NCBI GenBank assembly: GCA_040218735.1
Contig: JAVJQW010000055.1
Span: 1-64,000 of the forward strand
Length of the DNA stretch: 64,000 nt
Direction of reading: 5' to 3'
DNA from: Deltaproteobacteria bacterium
GTDB taxonomy: Bacteria; Myxococcota; Kuafuiibacteriia; Kuafuiibacteriales; Kuafuiibacteriaceae
Part shown: one piece after another, positions 45,995-58,645 of the stretch
How the letters are laid out: each line of letters starts with the position of its first letter
How positions within the stretch are numbered: the stretch's first letter is position 1
The notes under the pieces: model-generated
What the model was told of the DNA's origin: nothing
The model's input: only the letters and a program-made list of their open reading frames with translations
The model's database searches: none
Position numbers and translations under genes: made by a program

Positions 45995-47293
45995 ATGACC
46001 ATCGATAGACGACGATTCATTCAGCTCTCCGGTCTCGGCCTCGCGAGCCTGGGCCTCGGCGCCATCCCGCGGCGTGCGTTCGCCGCGGACAACGACCAAG
46101 TGCTCCTGACCGTGTTCCTGCGCGGCGGCGCGGACGGCATGTCGCTGCTCCACCCGCAGGTGGGGACACCGATGCGCGCGGTCTACGAGACGTGGCGCGG
46201 CAACGCGACGCGCGTCGCGAACAGCATCCCGATCGGGGGCCGCCTCGCGATGCACCCCGCGCTCGCGCCGCTGCAGACCGCGCTCGACAACCGTCACTTG
46301 ATGCTCCTCGGGGGCGTCGGCGGGGCGGCCTTCAACCGGTCGCACTTCGAGCAGCAAGATCTGGTCGAGACCGGCGCAGGCCCGGCGCAGACCCCGCGTC
46401 CCACCGGAGTGCTCGGTCGCGCGCTCGCGTCCCTCGGTCGCGCGGATGGCGTCCTCTCGGGAATCTCGCTCAACGCGACGCCGCCCGAGTCGATCAAGCA
46501 GGCCGGCAACCCGGGGCTGTCGATGCCGGACGTGCGGCGGTTCGGAGCGCTGCGTAGCGCGACCCACGCAAACGATCCGGACTACGACCTCGCGGAGCGC
46601 ATGCGGCGGCTCTACGTGCCCGGCAACGGCATGTGCAACCCAGGCGCGGTGATGTGTGAGAACGGTCGGCGCGCGTCGAGTGCCATCGAGGACATCGCGT
46701 CGCTGCGTGACACCGCGGGCGTGCCGAGCCGTGGCAAGGCGGCGAACCTCGGCGAGGTGCTGACGGACGTCGCGCAGCTCGTCGCGGCCGACAGCGCGAA
46801 CGCGTTCAAGTTCCTCACGCTCGACGTGGGTGGCTGGGACACGCACCTGGATCAGGGGAACGACGCGGTCTCGGGCTCGAGCTTCTCGGGCACGCTCGCG
46901 GGCAACCTGAACCGGCTCGCGGGGGCCCTGGCGACGTTCTACGGGGAGGCCCGGGACCTGGGCGTTTGGAATCGGATGAACGTGCTCGTCCTGACGGAGT
47001 TCGGTCGAACCACGCGGCAGAACGGGACCGGCGGTACGGACCACGGCTTCGGCGGGACGGCGCTCCTCATGGGGAGCGGTCTGTCGCGGAAGATCATGGC
47101 GCCCGGCTACTTCCCGAACAACACGTCCGCGGCGTTCTACGGCCAGGCAGAGTCCGAAAACGTGCTCCCGAGGCTGATCGAGCACCGGCACGTCTTCGCG
47201 GAGGTCCTCACCGAGCGGATGGGCGTCGACAACCTGGGCTCCGTCTTGTCGGGATTCTCGCTGGATCCGGCGATTCCGCGTTTCTACGGCTGA
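45995..47293 (+). CDS. DUF1501 family protein (Tat-exported)
   Basis: DRRRFI Tat motif, FLRGGADG, RSHFE, GGWDTH, TEFGRT and GTDHG. Confidence 0.92.
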   Translation: MTIDRRRFIQLSGLGLASLGLGAIPRRAFAADNDQVLLTVFLRGGADGMSLLHPQVGTPMRAVYETWRGNATRVANSIPIGGRLAMHPALAPLQTALDNRHLMLLGGVGGAAFNRSHFEQQDLVETGAGPAQTPRPTGVLGRALASLGRADGVLSGISLNATPPESIKQAGNPGLSMPDVRRFGALRSATHANDPDYDLAERMRRLYVPGNGMCNPGAVMCENGRRASSAIEDIASLRDTAGVPSRGKAANLGEVLTDVAQLVAADSANAFKFLTLDVGGWDTHLDQGNDAVSGSSFSGTLAGNLNRLAGALATFYGEARDLGVWNRMNVLVLTEFGRTTRQNGTGGTDHGFGGTALLMGSGLSRKIMAPGYFPNNTSAAFYGQAESENVLPRLIEHRHVFAEVLTERMGVDNLGSVLSGFSLDPAIPRFYG

Positions 47294-47331
47294 AACGGCT
47301 TGGGGCGCGACAGCGCGAGCGAAGTTTGGGT

Positions 47332-48663
<1,332 letters not shown>

Positions 48664-48664
48664 C

Positions 48665-50164
48665 GTGACCGACCGCTACGCACAGTATCGCGTGGAGCGA
48701 ACGCTCGGTCGCGGCGCGACCTCCGAGGTCTACCTCGCGGTCGTCGCAGGTGAGCACGGCTTCGAGCCGCGCGTCGCCGTGAAGTGCCTGCGACCGGACG
48801 CGCGCGACGAGGTCCAGATCGATCGTTTCATCGCGGAGGTCCAGGTGACCTGTCACCTCCGGCACCCGAATGTGGTGAGCACGATCGACTTCGGCGTGCT
48901 CGACGGGACGCCGTTCTCCGTCATGGAGTACGTGGAGGGCGCGAGTGTGCTGGAGCTTCTGCAGCTCGCGCGCTCGCGGCGGGAGAACGTGCCGCCGGCC
49001 ATCGCGCTGCACATCGTCCGTGAGGTCGCGGTCGCGCTCGACTACGTGCACCACGCGACCGACGCGAAGGGGGCGCCGCTCCGCATCGTTCACCGGGACA
49101 TCGGTCCGCAGAACATCCTCGTCGCGACCACCGGGCACGTGAAGCTCGCGGACTTCTCGGTGGCGCGTGCGTTCCGGCGGCCGCGCCTCACGCGCGTGGG
49201 GCAGGTGCGGGGGACGCTCGACTTCATGGCGCCCGAACAGCTGAAGATGGAGCAGATCACTTCGCAGAGTGATCTGTTCGGGTTGGGGTGTGTGCTGCAC
49301 GCGCTCCTGGTCGGAGAGAGCCCGATGGGTTCGGACGTTCAGCGCAACGAGGTCGTCACCGGCGGCGAGGCGCCGGTCGACCCGACCATCGACAGCGACA
49401 TCCAGGCGATCATCCGCCGGGCGATTCGGGTGCGTCCCAAGGATCGTTTCCAGAGCGCGGCAGTGATGGCGGACGCCTGTTGGGCTGCGCTGCGTGACCG
49501 AGCGGACCGCGAGCCGCGGTTACAGACGGCGTCGTGGATCACGTCGCTCGAGAGGACGGAGACGCCGTTCGCCGATGCGGCCCCGCGGACGAAGTTGATT
49601 CGCCTGGCTTCGAACACCGACGGCGTTCGGATGTTCACCGCGAAGCAGCCGCGCGCGCACGACCTCGACGAGACGAAGCACCTCGGCAAGATCCCCGGCC
49701 TCGATCGCACGACGGACCTCAAGCCGATCGGCCCGGGCATGGGCGACGGGCCGACGTCGCTGATCGCCCCCGAGAGCAAGCCCCAGCTCGACGCGATCGT
49801 CGCGGAGGACATCGTCGACCCGGTGCTCGGCGGACCGACGCTCTCCGAGCCCTTGGACGAGCCGCGTCGCTCGATGCGAGGCCCCGCGGTCGCGATGATG
49901 CTCGGTGTGGTGCTCGGCGGCATCATCGCGTTGGCGTTGGTTCCGGGGCACTGGTTGGGCCTGTCGGATCCGCCGTCGGTCGCGTCCGCTCCGCCGACGA
50001 CGCAGGAGCTCATGCGTCGCATCGAAGCACTCCGCTCCCGCAATCAGCCCGCTTTGGCATCGAGGCTCACGGAGCTGGAGCGACGCCTCGCGACGGGGGA
50101 CGCCGCCGAACGACGCGCCGTCGCGACGGCGCTGACGACGATCGAGCGCGAAGTCACGCCCTGA
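48665..50164 (+). CDS. Ser/Thr protein kinase (Hanks type) with C-terminal TM segment
   Basis: [29 protein letters not shown] and SDLFGLG. Confidence 0.9.
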   Translation: MTDRYAQYRVERTLGRGATSEVYLAVVAGEHGFEPRVAVKCLRPDARDEVQIDRFIAEVQVTCHLRHPNVVSTIDFGVLDGTPFSVMEYVEGASVLELLQLARSRRENVPPAIALHIVREVAVALDYVHHATDAKGAPLRIVHRDIGPQNILVATTGHVKLADFSVARAFRRPRLTRVGQVRGTLDFMAPEQLKMEQITSQSDLFGLGCVLHALLVGESPMGSDVQRNEVVTGGEAPVDPTIDSDIQAIIRRAIRVRPKDRFQSAAVMADACWAALRDRADREPRLQTASWITSLERTETPFADAAPRTKLIRLASNTDGVRMFTAKQPRAHDLDETKHLGKIPGLDRTTDLKPIGPGMGDGPTSLIAPESKPQLDAIVAEDIVDPVLGGPTLSEPLDEPRRSMRGPAVAMMLGVVLGGIIALALVPGHWLGLSDPPSVASAPPTTQELMRRIEALRSRNQPALASRLTELERRLATGDAAERRAVATALTTIEREVTP

Positions 50165-51833
50165 CGCGCGGCGGCACGAGGCGGCCGGCGATCGCGGACT
50201 GCAGCTCGGGTCGACCGACCGGCTTCATCAGCACGTCGTCCATGCCGCACGCGGCGCAGAGTCCGATCTCTTCCTCGGTGACGCCGGCGGTGAGAGCGAG
50301 GATCGGAATGGTGAGGCCCGAGCTGCGGAGGCGTCGCGTCGCTTCGAAGCCGTCCATCACCGGCATCTGGCAGTCCATCAGGACGATGTCGAACGCTTCT
50401 TCCGCCGCGTGGCGCAGCGCATCTTCGCCGGAGCGCGCGGGGACGACGTCGCAACCCAGCTTGACGAGCATCTTGTGGGCCACGGCGAGGTTTACGGCGT
50501 TGTCGTCCACGAGGAGGACGCGGGTCCCGGCGGGGACCGCTTCGACCTCGGCGATGTCCATCGTTCTCAGCTCGCCGCGTGGCGCGTCGATTTCGAACGT
50601 GAAGACGCTCCCCACGCCGGGGGTGCTGCGGGCGCCGAGCGTTCCGCCCAACAGTTCGACGAGGCGGCGGCTGATCGTGAGCCCGAGCCCGGTGCCGCCG
50701 TGGACGCGCGTCGTGGAGACATCCGCCTGCGAGAAGGGCTCGAACAGCGCTTCGATCTGGTCTGCGTCGATGCCGCAGCCCGTGTCTTCGACTTCGACGC
50801 GGAGCCGGTCGTCCTTCCATCGCATCGCGACGCGGACGTGACCCTCCGCCGTGAACTTTACGGCGTTGCCCACGAGGTTGAGGAGGACCTGGCGCAGTCG
50901 CAGCGGGTCGCTCTCGATGACGTCGGGGACACCGTCGAGTCGGAAGCTCAGCTCGACGTCTTCGTCATCGCGGGCGGCGCGGATCAGCTCGAGGATGCCG
51001 CCCATCATCTCGTCGGGTCGGAACGGGATCCGCTCGATGGCGAGTCGCCCCGCCTCGAGCTTCGAGAGGTCCAGGATGTCGTTGATGATGGTCAACAGTG
51101 AGTGGCCGCTGTCGCGGACCACGCCGATCATCGAGCGTTGTTCTTCGTCGAGGTGGGTGTCTTCGAGGAGGCTGACCATGCCGAGGACGCCGTTCATCGG
51201 CGTTCGAATCTCGTGCGACATGTTCGCGAGGAAGGTTCGGCGCACTTCGAGGGCGTGTTCGAGGTGTTCGTTGTTCTGTGCGAGCTCGGCCGCCTGTACG
51301 TGCTGCGTCACCGTCGCGCGCACCAGCGGCACGTAGATCTGCGACACCGCGAAGGCGGTGAACGCCAGCGTGAGCAGCCCGGTGATCTGGGACTCGACGG
51401 TGGCGCCGGCGAGGAGGGACCCGACGATGATCCCACCGAATGCGCAGACGCGGGCGTAGAGACCGTGAAGTCGGGTCGGCATCAGGACGCTCGCGAAAGC
51501 GGCCGGGAGGGCGATGAGCCACGCGGGCGCGACGTCGCCCACGAGGAGGCCGATCGGAAAGATCGCGGCGAGGTTCCCGAGCGACCGAATGTGGCTGTCG
51601 GCGTCGAACGCGGGCTTTCGAATGATGGCCGCGGACAGTGCGATGTTGAAGACCACGTAGACGGCCAAGGCGAGGGCGGTCCAAGCCTTCGCTTCGGAGA
51701 GCCACAGCAACCAGAGGCAGAGGATGAACACGGGCACGGGCGTGGCCTGGTTCATTCGAATCAGCCACCGTCGTCTGAACGAGGCCTCGACGGCCTCCCG
51801 GTCGACTACGGCGTTCGTGAGCTGCTCCGACAC
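50154..51833 (-). CDS. membrane hybrid sensor histidine kinase with receiver domain
   Basis: [38 protein letters not shown] and DCQMPVMDG. Start estimated. Confidence 0.92.
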   Translation of the reverse strand: MSEQLTNAVVDREAVEASFRRRWLIRMNQATPVPVFILCLWLLWLSEAKAWTALALAVYVVFNIALSAAIIRKPAFDADSHIRSLGNLAAIFPIGLLVGDVAPAWLIALPAAFASVLMPTRLHGLYARVCAFGGIIVGSLLAGATVESQITGLLTLAFTAFAVSQIYVPLVRATVTQHVQAAELAQNNEHLEHALEVRRTFLANMSHEIRTPMNGVLGMVSLLEDTHLDEEQRSMIGVVRDSGHSLLTIINDILDLSKLEAGRLAIERIPFRPDEMMGGILELIRAARDDEDVELSFRLDGVPDVIESDPLRLRQVLLNLVGNAVKFTAEGHVRVAMRWKDDRLRVEVEDTGCGIDADQIEALFEPFSQADVSTTRVHGGTGLGLTISRRLVELLGGTLGARSTPGVGSVFTFEIDAPRGELRTMDIAEVEAVPAGTRVLLVDDNAVNLAVAHKMLVKLGCDVVPARSGEDALRHAAEEAFDIVLMDCQMPVMDGFEATRRLRSSGLTIPILALTAGVTEEEIGLCAACGMDDVLMKPVGRPELQSAIAGRLVPPRVRA

Positions 51834-51924
51834 GATCGCTGTTGAGATCGGTCGAACGAATGGCGGGCTACACTCACGCCTCGACGTGAGCCGCCCGGTC
51901 GTATCGGCCGGGTCACGGCGTGCC

Positions 51925-53184
51925 TCAATGTGAAGCAGGCGGGGGGGCGTCGCGGTGATCGAGCGCCGCCTCGATCGCGTCCACGGCGCGGTTCGTGCCG
52001 TCCTCCGCTTCGACCTGGGGCCCCAGCGCACGCGCCGCTTCGACGTACTTCGGTTTCAGCGCGTCTTCGATTCGACGCGCGAGCCGCCTCGCCGTCAGGT
52101 CCTTGCGGAAGATCGGCTTCGGCGCGACGCCGCGCTCGTGGAGCATCCCGGCCCAGTAGTACTGGTCGAAGAGGTGGGGCACCGGGACCGACGGGACACC
52201 CGCGCGGCACGCGGCGGTCGACGTCCCGGCGCCGCAGTGGTGCACGATGCAGCCGGCCTGCGCGAACAAGAAGTGATGGGGTACGTAGCCGACGGAGAGG
52301 ATCGCGTCGCCCTCCGCGGCGAGACCCGAGTAGCCGCTCTGCACGATCGCGGGGCGCTTGGTCCTTGCGAGGGCCTCCATCACGATGGCGCTCGTCGCTT
52401 CGGCTTCACTGCCGCCCATCGATCCGAACGTGACGACGACCGGGCGCGGGTTCGCTTCGAGGAACGCGGCGAGCTCGGCGTCGGGTGTGTAATCCGGCGC
52501 GGCGTCGAGCCAGGCGCCGGTCATCTTCACCTGCGGCGGCCAGTCGCCGCGTTCGTGGCCGATGTGCGGTGAGGCGCCGACCAGGTGGAGTCGATCCGCG
52601 ATCGCCCCCGCGACGCCGAGGCTGCGGCGCGGCGCGCCGAGCGGTTCGAGGACGAGGCGCGTGCGGCGGTTGATGTCCTGCGCGAGCGCGTAGAGCGTCT
52701 TCCACGTCCCGCGGATCCACCAGTCGCCGAGGTTCGGGAGCGGGTACACCGGCGCTTCGTCCGTCGGGATGAGGTGCGGCATCAGCGTGACCGACGCCCA
52801 CGGAACGTCGTTTCGGATGGCGCCCTCTTGCCCGAGGAAGTCGAAGCCGTTCGACACCACGAAGTCGGCCCCCTTCGACGCCTCGACGTGGCGGTTGAAG
52901 CGCGGCTCGGCGCGTCGCAGGAAGAGTTTGTTGAGGAGGAGCTCGAACTGCTTCAGCGGCTCCTTCGTCACGCGCACTTCGTCGAGTACGGCGTTGAAAC
53001 GCTCCACCGTGCAGAAGTCCGACTCCGCGAAGAACTCCACGCCCTTCGAGCGCACGAGCTGCTCGTGCATCGCGTGGGTGACGAGCAGGGCATCGTGCCC
53101 CCGCGTGACGAGGGCGCGTGCGAGCGCGAGATACGGGACGACGTCGCCCGTGGTCCCGACCGTGGTGATGACGATGCGTGCCAC
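51925..53184 (-). CDS. GT1-family glycosyltransferase (sterol glucosyltransferase/rhamnosyltransferase-like)
   Basis: [35 protein letters not shown] and FDQYYWA. Confidence 0.9.
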   Translation of the reverse strand: MARIVITTVGTTGDVVPYLALARALVTRGHDALLVTHAMHEQLVRSKGVEFFAESDFCTVERFNAVLDEVRVTKEPLKQFELLLNKLFLRRAEPRFNRHVEASKGADFVVSNGFDFLGQEGAIRNDVPWASVTLMPHLIPTDEAPVYPLPNLGDWWIRGTWKTLYALAQDINRRTRLVLEPLGAPRRSLGVAGAIADRLHLVGASPHIGHERGDWPPQVKMTGAWLDAAPDYTPDAELAAFLEANPRPVVVTFGSMGGSEAEATSAIVMEALARTKRPAIVQSGYSGLAAEGDAILSVGYVPHHFLFAQAGCIVHHCGAGTSTAACRAGVPSVPVPHLFDQYYWAGMLHERGVAPKPIFRKDLTARRLARRIEDALKPKYVEAARALGPQVEAEDGTNRAVDAIEAALDHRDAPPPASH

Positions 53185-53241
53185 GACGCTGTTTCTTCGA
53201 GTGCGTCGCATCGAGGCGAGCGTCAAGGGTAGGATCGGGGC

Positions 53242-54054
53242 GTGACGTCACCGTTCGTCCTGGAGCTCGACGGTCTCGAGCTGGAGTGCATCAACGACAT
53301 GGAGGGCGGCTTCCTGCGCGCCGACGTCGAGACCTACTTCATGGGGGGCATCGAGCTTTCGTCGGGCGCGACGGTGTTCGACGTGGGCGCGAACATCGGC
53401 GCCTTCACCGCCGCGGTGTGGTCGCGGTTGGGCGGTGACGTTCGGGTGTTCAGCTTCGAGCCCATGCCTCCCATCCGGGAGGTGCTGGAGCGCAACGTGG
53501 CGTCGCAGATGTCGGACGTCGTGACGGTGATGCCGTGTGGGCTCGGCGCCGAGGCGGCGACGCTCGACTTTTCGTACTTCCCGGGGATGACGGTGCTGTC
53601 CTCCGCGCTGCGGGACGAGGCCGCGCTCGAGGCCGAGCGGGTCCGCCTCGTGAAGACGGTGATGACGATGATCGACGAGGGGCGCGCGTATCCGTTGCTG
53701 CGCCCGCTCCCGCGTGAGCTCGTCGAAGCGATCGTGGAGGGGCACGTCATGCACATGACGCAGCCGCGGAAGTACCCGGCGACGATTCGCACCTTCGAAG
53801 AGGTGCGTTCCGAGCTCGGCGTGGAGACGATCGACCTGCTGAAGATCGACGTCGAGGGCGCGGAGCTGTCGGTGCTCGAGGGGGTCGACGACTGGAGCGT
53901 CGTGCGCCAGGTCGCGATGGAGGTGGAGCACTTCGAGGAGCGTTCGCCGATCGTGCAGGCGCAGCTGAGCGCAGCGGGCTTCGAGGTGTCGCTCCGCCAG
54001 GACGCCGTGGAGCGCTCCGGCGACTACGGCATGGTCTACGCTAGGCGCGTTTGA
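53242..54054 (+). CDS. FkbM-family methyltransferase
   Basis: VFDVGANIG, FEP and IDLLKIDVEGAEL.VL.G. Confidence 0.9.
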   Translation: MTSPFVLELDGLELECINDMEGGFLRADVETYFMGGIELSSGATVFDVGANIGAFTAAVWSRLGGDVRVFSFEPMPPIREVLERNVASQMSDVVTVMPCGLGAEAATLDFSYFPGMTVLSSALRDEAALEAERVRLVKTVMTMIDEGRAYPLLRPLPRELVEAIVEGHVMHMTQPRKYPATIRTFEEVRSELGVETIDLLKIDVEGAELSVLEGVDDWSVVRQVAMEVEHFEERSPIVQAQLSAAGFEVSLRQDAVERSGDYGMVYARRV

Positions 54055-56401
54055 TCGCGACCGAGCCGAGCGGCGCGAGCGACACTTCGATCGAGTACGG
54101 CTTGCCGTGCCACGGCGTCTTCTCCGCGGTGATCGCGGCGCCGTCCGGCTTCACGTGTCCGCCGTACTTTTGGTCGTTGGTGTCGAGCACGACGCGGTAG
54201 TCGCCCGGGCGGTCCACGCCGATGCGGTAGCGCTGGTGCTCGACGCCCCCGACGTTGTGTACGAACAACATCGGGTCGTCCTTGCCGCGCGCGAGGCCCA
54301 CCACACCATTGTCGGTGTCGCGGAACGTGTTCGCGAAGGCGGCCGGATCGAACTGGTCTACGTGGAGCGCCGGCTCGTCGATGTACAGGCCGTTGAGGTC
54401 GGCGACGAGGCGCTGCATGCCGCGTTGACGATCGTCGAGGTGCTCGGTCTGGAGCCCCTGGCGGAAGTCCCACTCGCTGCGCTGCGCGTGCTCCTGGCCC
54501 ATGAACAACAGCTTGTGCCCCGGGTACGACCACATGAAGCCGTAGAGGAGGCGGAGGTTCGCCGCCTTCTGCACGTCGTCGCCCGGCATCTTGTTGAAGA
54601 GCGAGCCTTTCCCGTGCACGACCTCGTCGTGGGAGAGCGAGCAGACGAACTGCTCGGAGTGGGCCCACATGAAAGTGTTGGTGAGGGTGTCGAGCTTGCC
54701 GCCCCGCCACATCGGGTCCTCTTTGAAGAACTCGAGCGTGTCGTGCATCCAGCCCATGTTCCACTTCGTGTCGAAGGCCAGGCCGTCCTTCGAGGTTACG
54801 CCGGGGAACGACGTCGACTCTTCTGCGATGCGCATGACGCCGGGGAAGCGCGCCTGCACGAGGTTGTTCGCCTTCTGGATGAAATCGATGGCTTCGAGGT
54901 TTTCGTTGCCGCCGAATTCGTTGGGGATCCATTCCTCGCGGGAGTAGTCGCGGTAGAGCATCGACGCGACGCCGTCCATGCGGACGCCATCGAAGTGAAA
55001 CTCCGAGAGCATGTGCTGCAGGCTCCCGAGCAGGAACGTACGAACTTCATTGCGTCCGTAGTTGAAGACTCTGGTATTCCAATCGCGCTGCTCGCCGAGG
55101 CGATCGTCTTCGTGGTCGAACAGGTGCGTGCCGTCGAAGCGCGCGATGCCGCCGCCGTCCTTCGGGAAGTGACCCGGCACCCAGTCGAGGACCACGCCGA
55201 TGCCGGCGGCGTGGAGTTTGTCGACGAGGTACTTCAGGTCGTCGGGCGAGCCGTGACGCGAGGTCGGCGCGTAGTAGCCGGAGACTTGATAACCCCATGA
55301 GCTGTCGAGCGGGTGCTCCATCAGCCCGAGGAGCTCGACGTGCGTGAAGCGGTGCTCCTCGAGATACGGGACGAGCTCGTCCGCGATCTCGCGGTAGCTC
55401 ATCGTCCGCTCCGCGGGGACCTCGTGGAGCTCGCGTGGGACGTCGTCGAGGTGGTTCAACGACTCGTGCGGTTTCTGGCGCCACGACGCGAGGTGGAGCT
55501 CGTACTTGCTGACGGGGCTGTGTTTCGGGTCCGTCGTCCGGCGTGTCTTCATCCACGCTTCGTCGTTCCATTCGAACGAATCGGCGCCGACGGTGACCGA
55601 GGAGGTCTCGGGGCGGACGGCGCTCTGTTTGGCGAACGGATCCGACTTGTAGTTCACGCCGCCCTGGCCATCGACGACGCGGAGTTTGTAGCTCGCGCCC
55701 GCTCCGACTCCCGGGACGAAGACCTCCCAGAGGCCGGAGTCACCGAGGCGACGCATGGCGTGTTGGCCATCGGCCCAGCCGTTGAAGTCACCGACGACCG
55801 AGATGCCTTGCGCGTTGGGCGCCCAGGTCACGAACGAATAACCGTCGACGCCGTCGACCGTGCGCGCGTTGGCGCCGATGTGTTTCGAGACGTTCTTGAG
55901 CGTGCCCTCGTTGAAGAGCCAACGCTCCTGCTCGCCGATCGTCACTTCGAAGCGGTAGGCGTCCTCGACCCGAACCGTTCGGCCGTTGGCGCCGAGGGTT
56001 TCGAAGCGGTGGTCCGCGGGGCGCTGGCGGCCGGTGAGGACGGCTTCGAACAGCCCGCCGCCGAGGTGGGCCATGGGGATACGTTTGGTCGTCCCGCCGT
56101 CGGCGTACGCGAGCGCGCACACCTGCTTGCCGGGGAGCATCGTGCGGACGACGGTACCCGTCGTCCCGTCGGGCAGCGCGATGTCGTGCACGCCGAGCTG
56201 GGTGTGCGGATCCGGGTGCCGCCCCTCCGCGAGCTGCGCGCGCGTCACCGCGTTCAGCGTGCCCTCGCCCTGAATCGGCAGGTGGCGCTGCGGGGCGATC
56301 GGTCCGGAAGGGGCGGAGGTCTTCTGTGGACGGGTTCGCCCTAGGCCCGCGGCTGAGGACCGGACCAGAAACCCTTGTCCCTGAGGGATCCTCCGTAACA
56401 T
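54041..56401 (-). CDS. glgB: 1,4-alpha-glucan branching enzyme (GH13)
   Basis: WAPNA..SVVGDFNGW, YELHLASW, SWGYQ, DWVPGHFP, and catalytic RMDGVASM, AEEST and SHDEVVHGK. Start estimated. Confidence 0.93.
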   Translation of the reverse strand: MLRRIPQGQGFLVRSSAAGLGRTRPQKTSAPSGPIAPQRHLPIQGEGTLNAVTRAQLAEGRHPDPHTQLGVHDIALPDGTTGTVVRTMLPGKQVCALAYADGGTTKRIPMAHLGGGLFEAVLTGRQRPADHRFETLGANGRTVRVEDAYRFEVTIGEQERWLFNEGTLKNVSKHIGANARTVDGVDGYSFVTWAPNAQGISVVGDFNGWADGQHAMRRLGDSGLWEVFVPGVGAGASYKLRVVDGQGGVNYKSDPFAKQSAVRPETSSVTVGADSFEWNDEAWMKTRRTTDPKHSPVSKYELHLASWRQKPHESLNHLDDVPRELHEVPAERTMSYREIADELVPYLEEHRFTHVELLGLMEHPLDSSWGYQVSGYYAPTSRHGSPDDLKYLVDKLHAAGIGVVLDWVPGHFPKDGGGIARFDGTHLFDHEDDRLGEQRDWNTRVFNYGRNEVRTFLLGSLQHMLSEFHFDGVRMDGVASMLYRDYSREEWIPNEFGGNENLEAIDFIQKANNLVQARFPGVMRIAEESTSFPGVTSKDGLAFDTKWNMGWMHDTLEFFKEDPMWRGGKLDTLTNTFMWAHSEQFVCSLSHDEVVHGKGSLFNKMPGDDVQKAANLRLLYGFMWSYPGHKLLFMGQEHAQRSEWDFRQGLQTEHLDDRQRGMQRLVADLNGLYIDEPALHVDQFDPAAFANTFRDTDNGVVGLARGKDDPMLFVHNVGGVEHQRYRIGVDRPGDYRVVLDTNDQKYGGHVKPDGAAITAEKTPWHGKPYSIEVSLAPLGSVAIKRA

Positions 56402-56497
56402 GGCGAATTCATTATCGGCGGGTCCCACCTGATGATGTGCGATATTTCGCGCAAAGCGCACACCTAGACCGACGCGGAACCGATAACGCTCTTTGCC

Positions 56498-58633
56498 ATG
56501 AACCCGCTTCGTCTGGGGCGTAGGAACGCCACCCGCCTGGAAGGCGGCACAGATGAGACCCCACGCACGCAGACCGGACGTCGCGGTCCCCACCTCGCGG
56601 TCACCGACGCGTGGACGCGCGCCGGCGGTCCGCAGATCGTCCGTTCGCTTCAAAAGAACGTCGGCGAGGCGGCCGGCGCCGCGGCGGTCCTCGCGCAGGC
56701 GCAGTTCAAGCAGTCGACGCACGTCGAGATCCCGAAGTCGGGGCCCGTCACGGACCAGCTCCTCGCGTTTCACCAGACGCGTCCGCCGGCGTCGGTGCGC
56801 AAGCAGCTCGATCGCCTCGCGTCGACGGAGCTCCATCGCCTCTTCGATCACCCGGTGCGCGACGCCGCCATCCGCGAGCACGCCGAGCTGGACCTCCGCA
56901 CGGTGCACGGCGCGTCGGACGCCGAGGTCGCGGCGGCGAGTGGTCGCCCGGAGATCGCGCTCCGTGAGGAGCAGAACCAGCGGCGCAACGCGCTGATCGT
57001 CGCGCTGTCGCGCCCGCGGATCTCCGACGGGTTCGTGAAGGCCGCGATCGAGAAGCTAGGTGAGGTCGGTCTGGTCGATGACGTCGCGCTCATCGCGAAG
57101 GCCGCGCGTCGCCGCGGGCCCGAGGTCGCCGAGGCAGCGAAGGTCGCGAAGACGAAGATCGAGAAGGCCGGCCGCATGACGATCGTCCTCGCCGCGTTCG
57201 AGTCCAAGCCGTACGTGAACGGCGGCGGGCTCGGTAACGTGATGAAGGAGCTCCCGCCCGCGCTCGCGCGTCAAGGTCACAAGGTTGTGGTGGTGATGCC
57301 GCGGCACTCGGTGATCGATCGCAGCCAGCTCGAAGAGACGGGCGAGGTCGGCACTGTCTACGGCCCGAAGACCGAGCAGTTCGGCCTGTTCAAGGACCAC
57401 CGCGAAGGCGTCGACTACTACTTCGTCGAGAACGACCGCTACTACTCGAGCGGGCGCGACGGCGTGTACCGCGACTCCTACGGCGACTACGGTGACCCCT
57501 TCGAGCGCTACGACTTCTTCGGTCGCGCGCTGCCGGTCGCGATTCGCCACATCCTCGGCGACGAGGCCCCAGACGTCGTGCAGCTCAACGACGCGCACAC
57601 CGCGTCGGGCGCGATGTATCTGAAGCGGGATCCCGCCTTCAAGGACACCGCCACCGTCATGGCGATCCACAACCTCGGTTGGGCGTACCAGGGGCGCTAC
57701 GAGGGGGCGAAGGCCGAGAGCTCACCGATCGGCGACCTCGGGATGTACTACCCGACGGGCCCGGCGGAGGCCTACGGTCAGGTCAACCTGATGAAGCTCG
57801 GGCTCGCCGAGTCGGACGGTGCGATCACCGTCAGCCGTCAGTACATGCAGGAGACGTTGACGGAGGCCGGCGGCGAAGGTCTGCACGGCGTGCTCCAGAA
57901 CATGCGCGCGAACGACAAGTTCTGGGGGAACCTCAACGGCATCGACAACGCCGCCTGGAACCCGGAGACGGACCCGCAGATCGCGGCCAACTTCTCGTTC
58001 GAGGATCAGTCCGGCAAGGCAGCTTGCAAGGCTTCGCTGCAGCAGCAGTACGGCCTCCCGGAGCGGTCCGACGTCCCGCTGTTCGGGGTCGTGGCGCGCA
58101 TGTCCGGTCAGAAGGGCATCGACGACATCATCGGTACCGCGCGTCGCGCGCTGGAAGCCGGCAAGGACCTGCAGCTCGTGGTGTGCGGGGAGGGCGAGGA
58201 AGCCATCCGCGATCAGATGAAGCAGCTCGCGGCCGACTTCCCGAAGAACGTCGCCTACGACGGCAAGTTCGCGCCCGAGAAGGAGCACACGATCCTCTCC
58301 GGCAGCGACTTCTTCCTGATGCCGTCACGCTTCGAGCCGTGCGGCCTCCCGCAGATGTACGCGCTCCGCTATCTGACCGTGCCCGTCGTGCGCGGCGTCG
58401 GCGGTCTCGAGGAGAGTATCTCCAACTTCGACGCGAACACCGGCGAGGGGAACGGCTTCAAGTTCACGGACGATCTGTTCGGCACGGTGGAGCGCGCGCT
58501 CGACTGGTACGGGCAGGGCGAAGAGGCGCGGCAGCCGCTGCTCGCGAACTGCGCTGCGTCCGACTTCTCTTGGGACAACGCGTCGGCGCTGGAGCAAATC
58601 GCGTTCTACCGGAAGATCATCAACGAGCGCTGA
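56498..58633 (+). CDS. glgA: glycogen/starch synthase (GT5) with long N-terminal extension
   Basis: GT5 domain begins at 57176, with IHNLGWAYQG, TVS..Y, NGID...WNP, VARMSGQKG and MPSRFEPCGL.QM. The KTGGL loop reads NGGGL. Confidence 0.88.
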   Translation: MNPLRLGRRNATRLEGGTDETPRTQTGRRGPHLAVTDAWTRAGGPQIVRSLQKNVGEAAGAAAVLAQAQFKQSTHVEIPKSGPVTDQLLAFHQTRPPASVRKQLDRLASTELHRLFDHPVRDAAIREHAELDLRTVHGASDAEVAAASGRPEIALREEQNQRRNALIVALSRPRISDGFVKAAIEKLGEVGLVDDVALIAKAARRRGPEVAEAAKVAKTKIEKAGRMTIVLAAFESKPYVNGGGLGNVMKELPPALARQGHKVVVVMPRHSVIDRSQLEETGEVGTVYGPKTEQFGLFKDHREGVDYYFVENDRYYSSGRDGVYRDSYGDYGDPFERYDFFGRALPVAIRHILGDEAPDVVQLNDAHTASGAMYLKRDPAFKDTATVMAIHNLGWAYQGRYEGAKAESSPIGDLGMYYPTGPAEAYGQVNLMKLGLAESDGAITVSRQYMQETLTEAGGEGLHGVLQNMRANDKFWGNLNGIDNAAWNPETDPQIAANFSFEDQSGKAACKASLQQQYGLPERSDVPLFGVVARMSGQKGIDDIIGTARRALEAGKDLQLVVCGEGEEAIRDQMKQLAADFPKNVAYDGKFAPEKEHTILSGSDFFLMPSRFEPCGLPQMYALRYLTVPVVRGVGGLEESISNFDANTGEGNGFKFTDDLFGTVERALDWYGQGEEARQPLLANCAASDFSWDNASALEQIAFYRKIINER

Positions 58634-58645
58634 GGGGACACGAAG

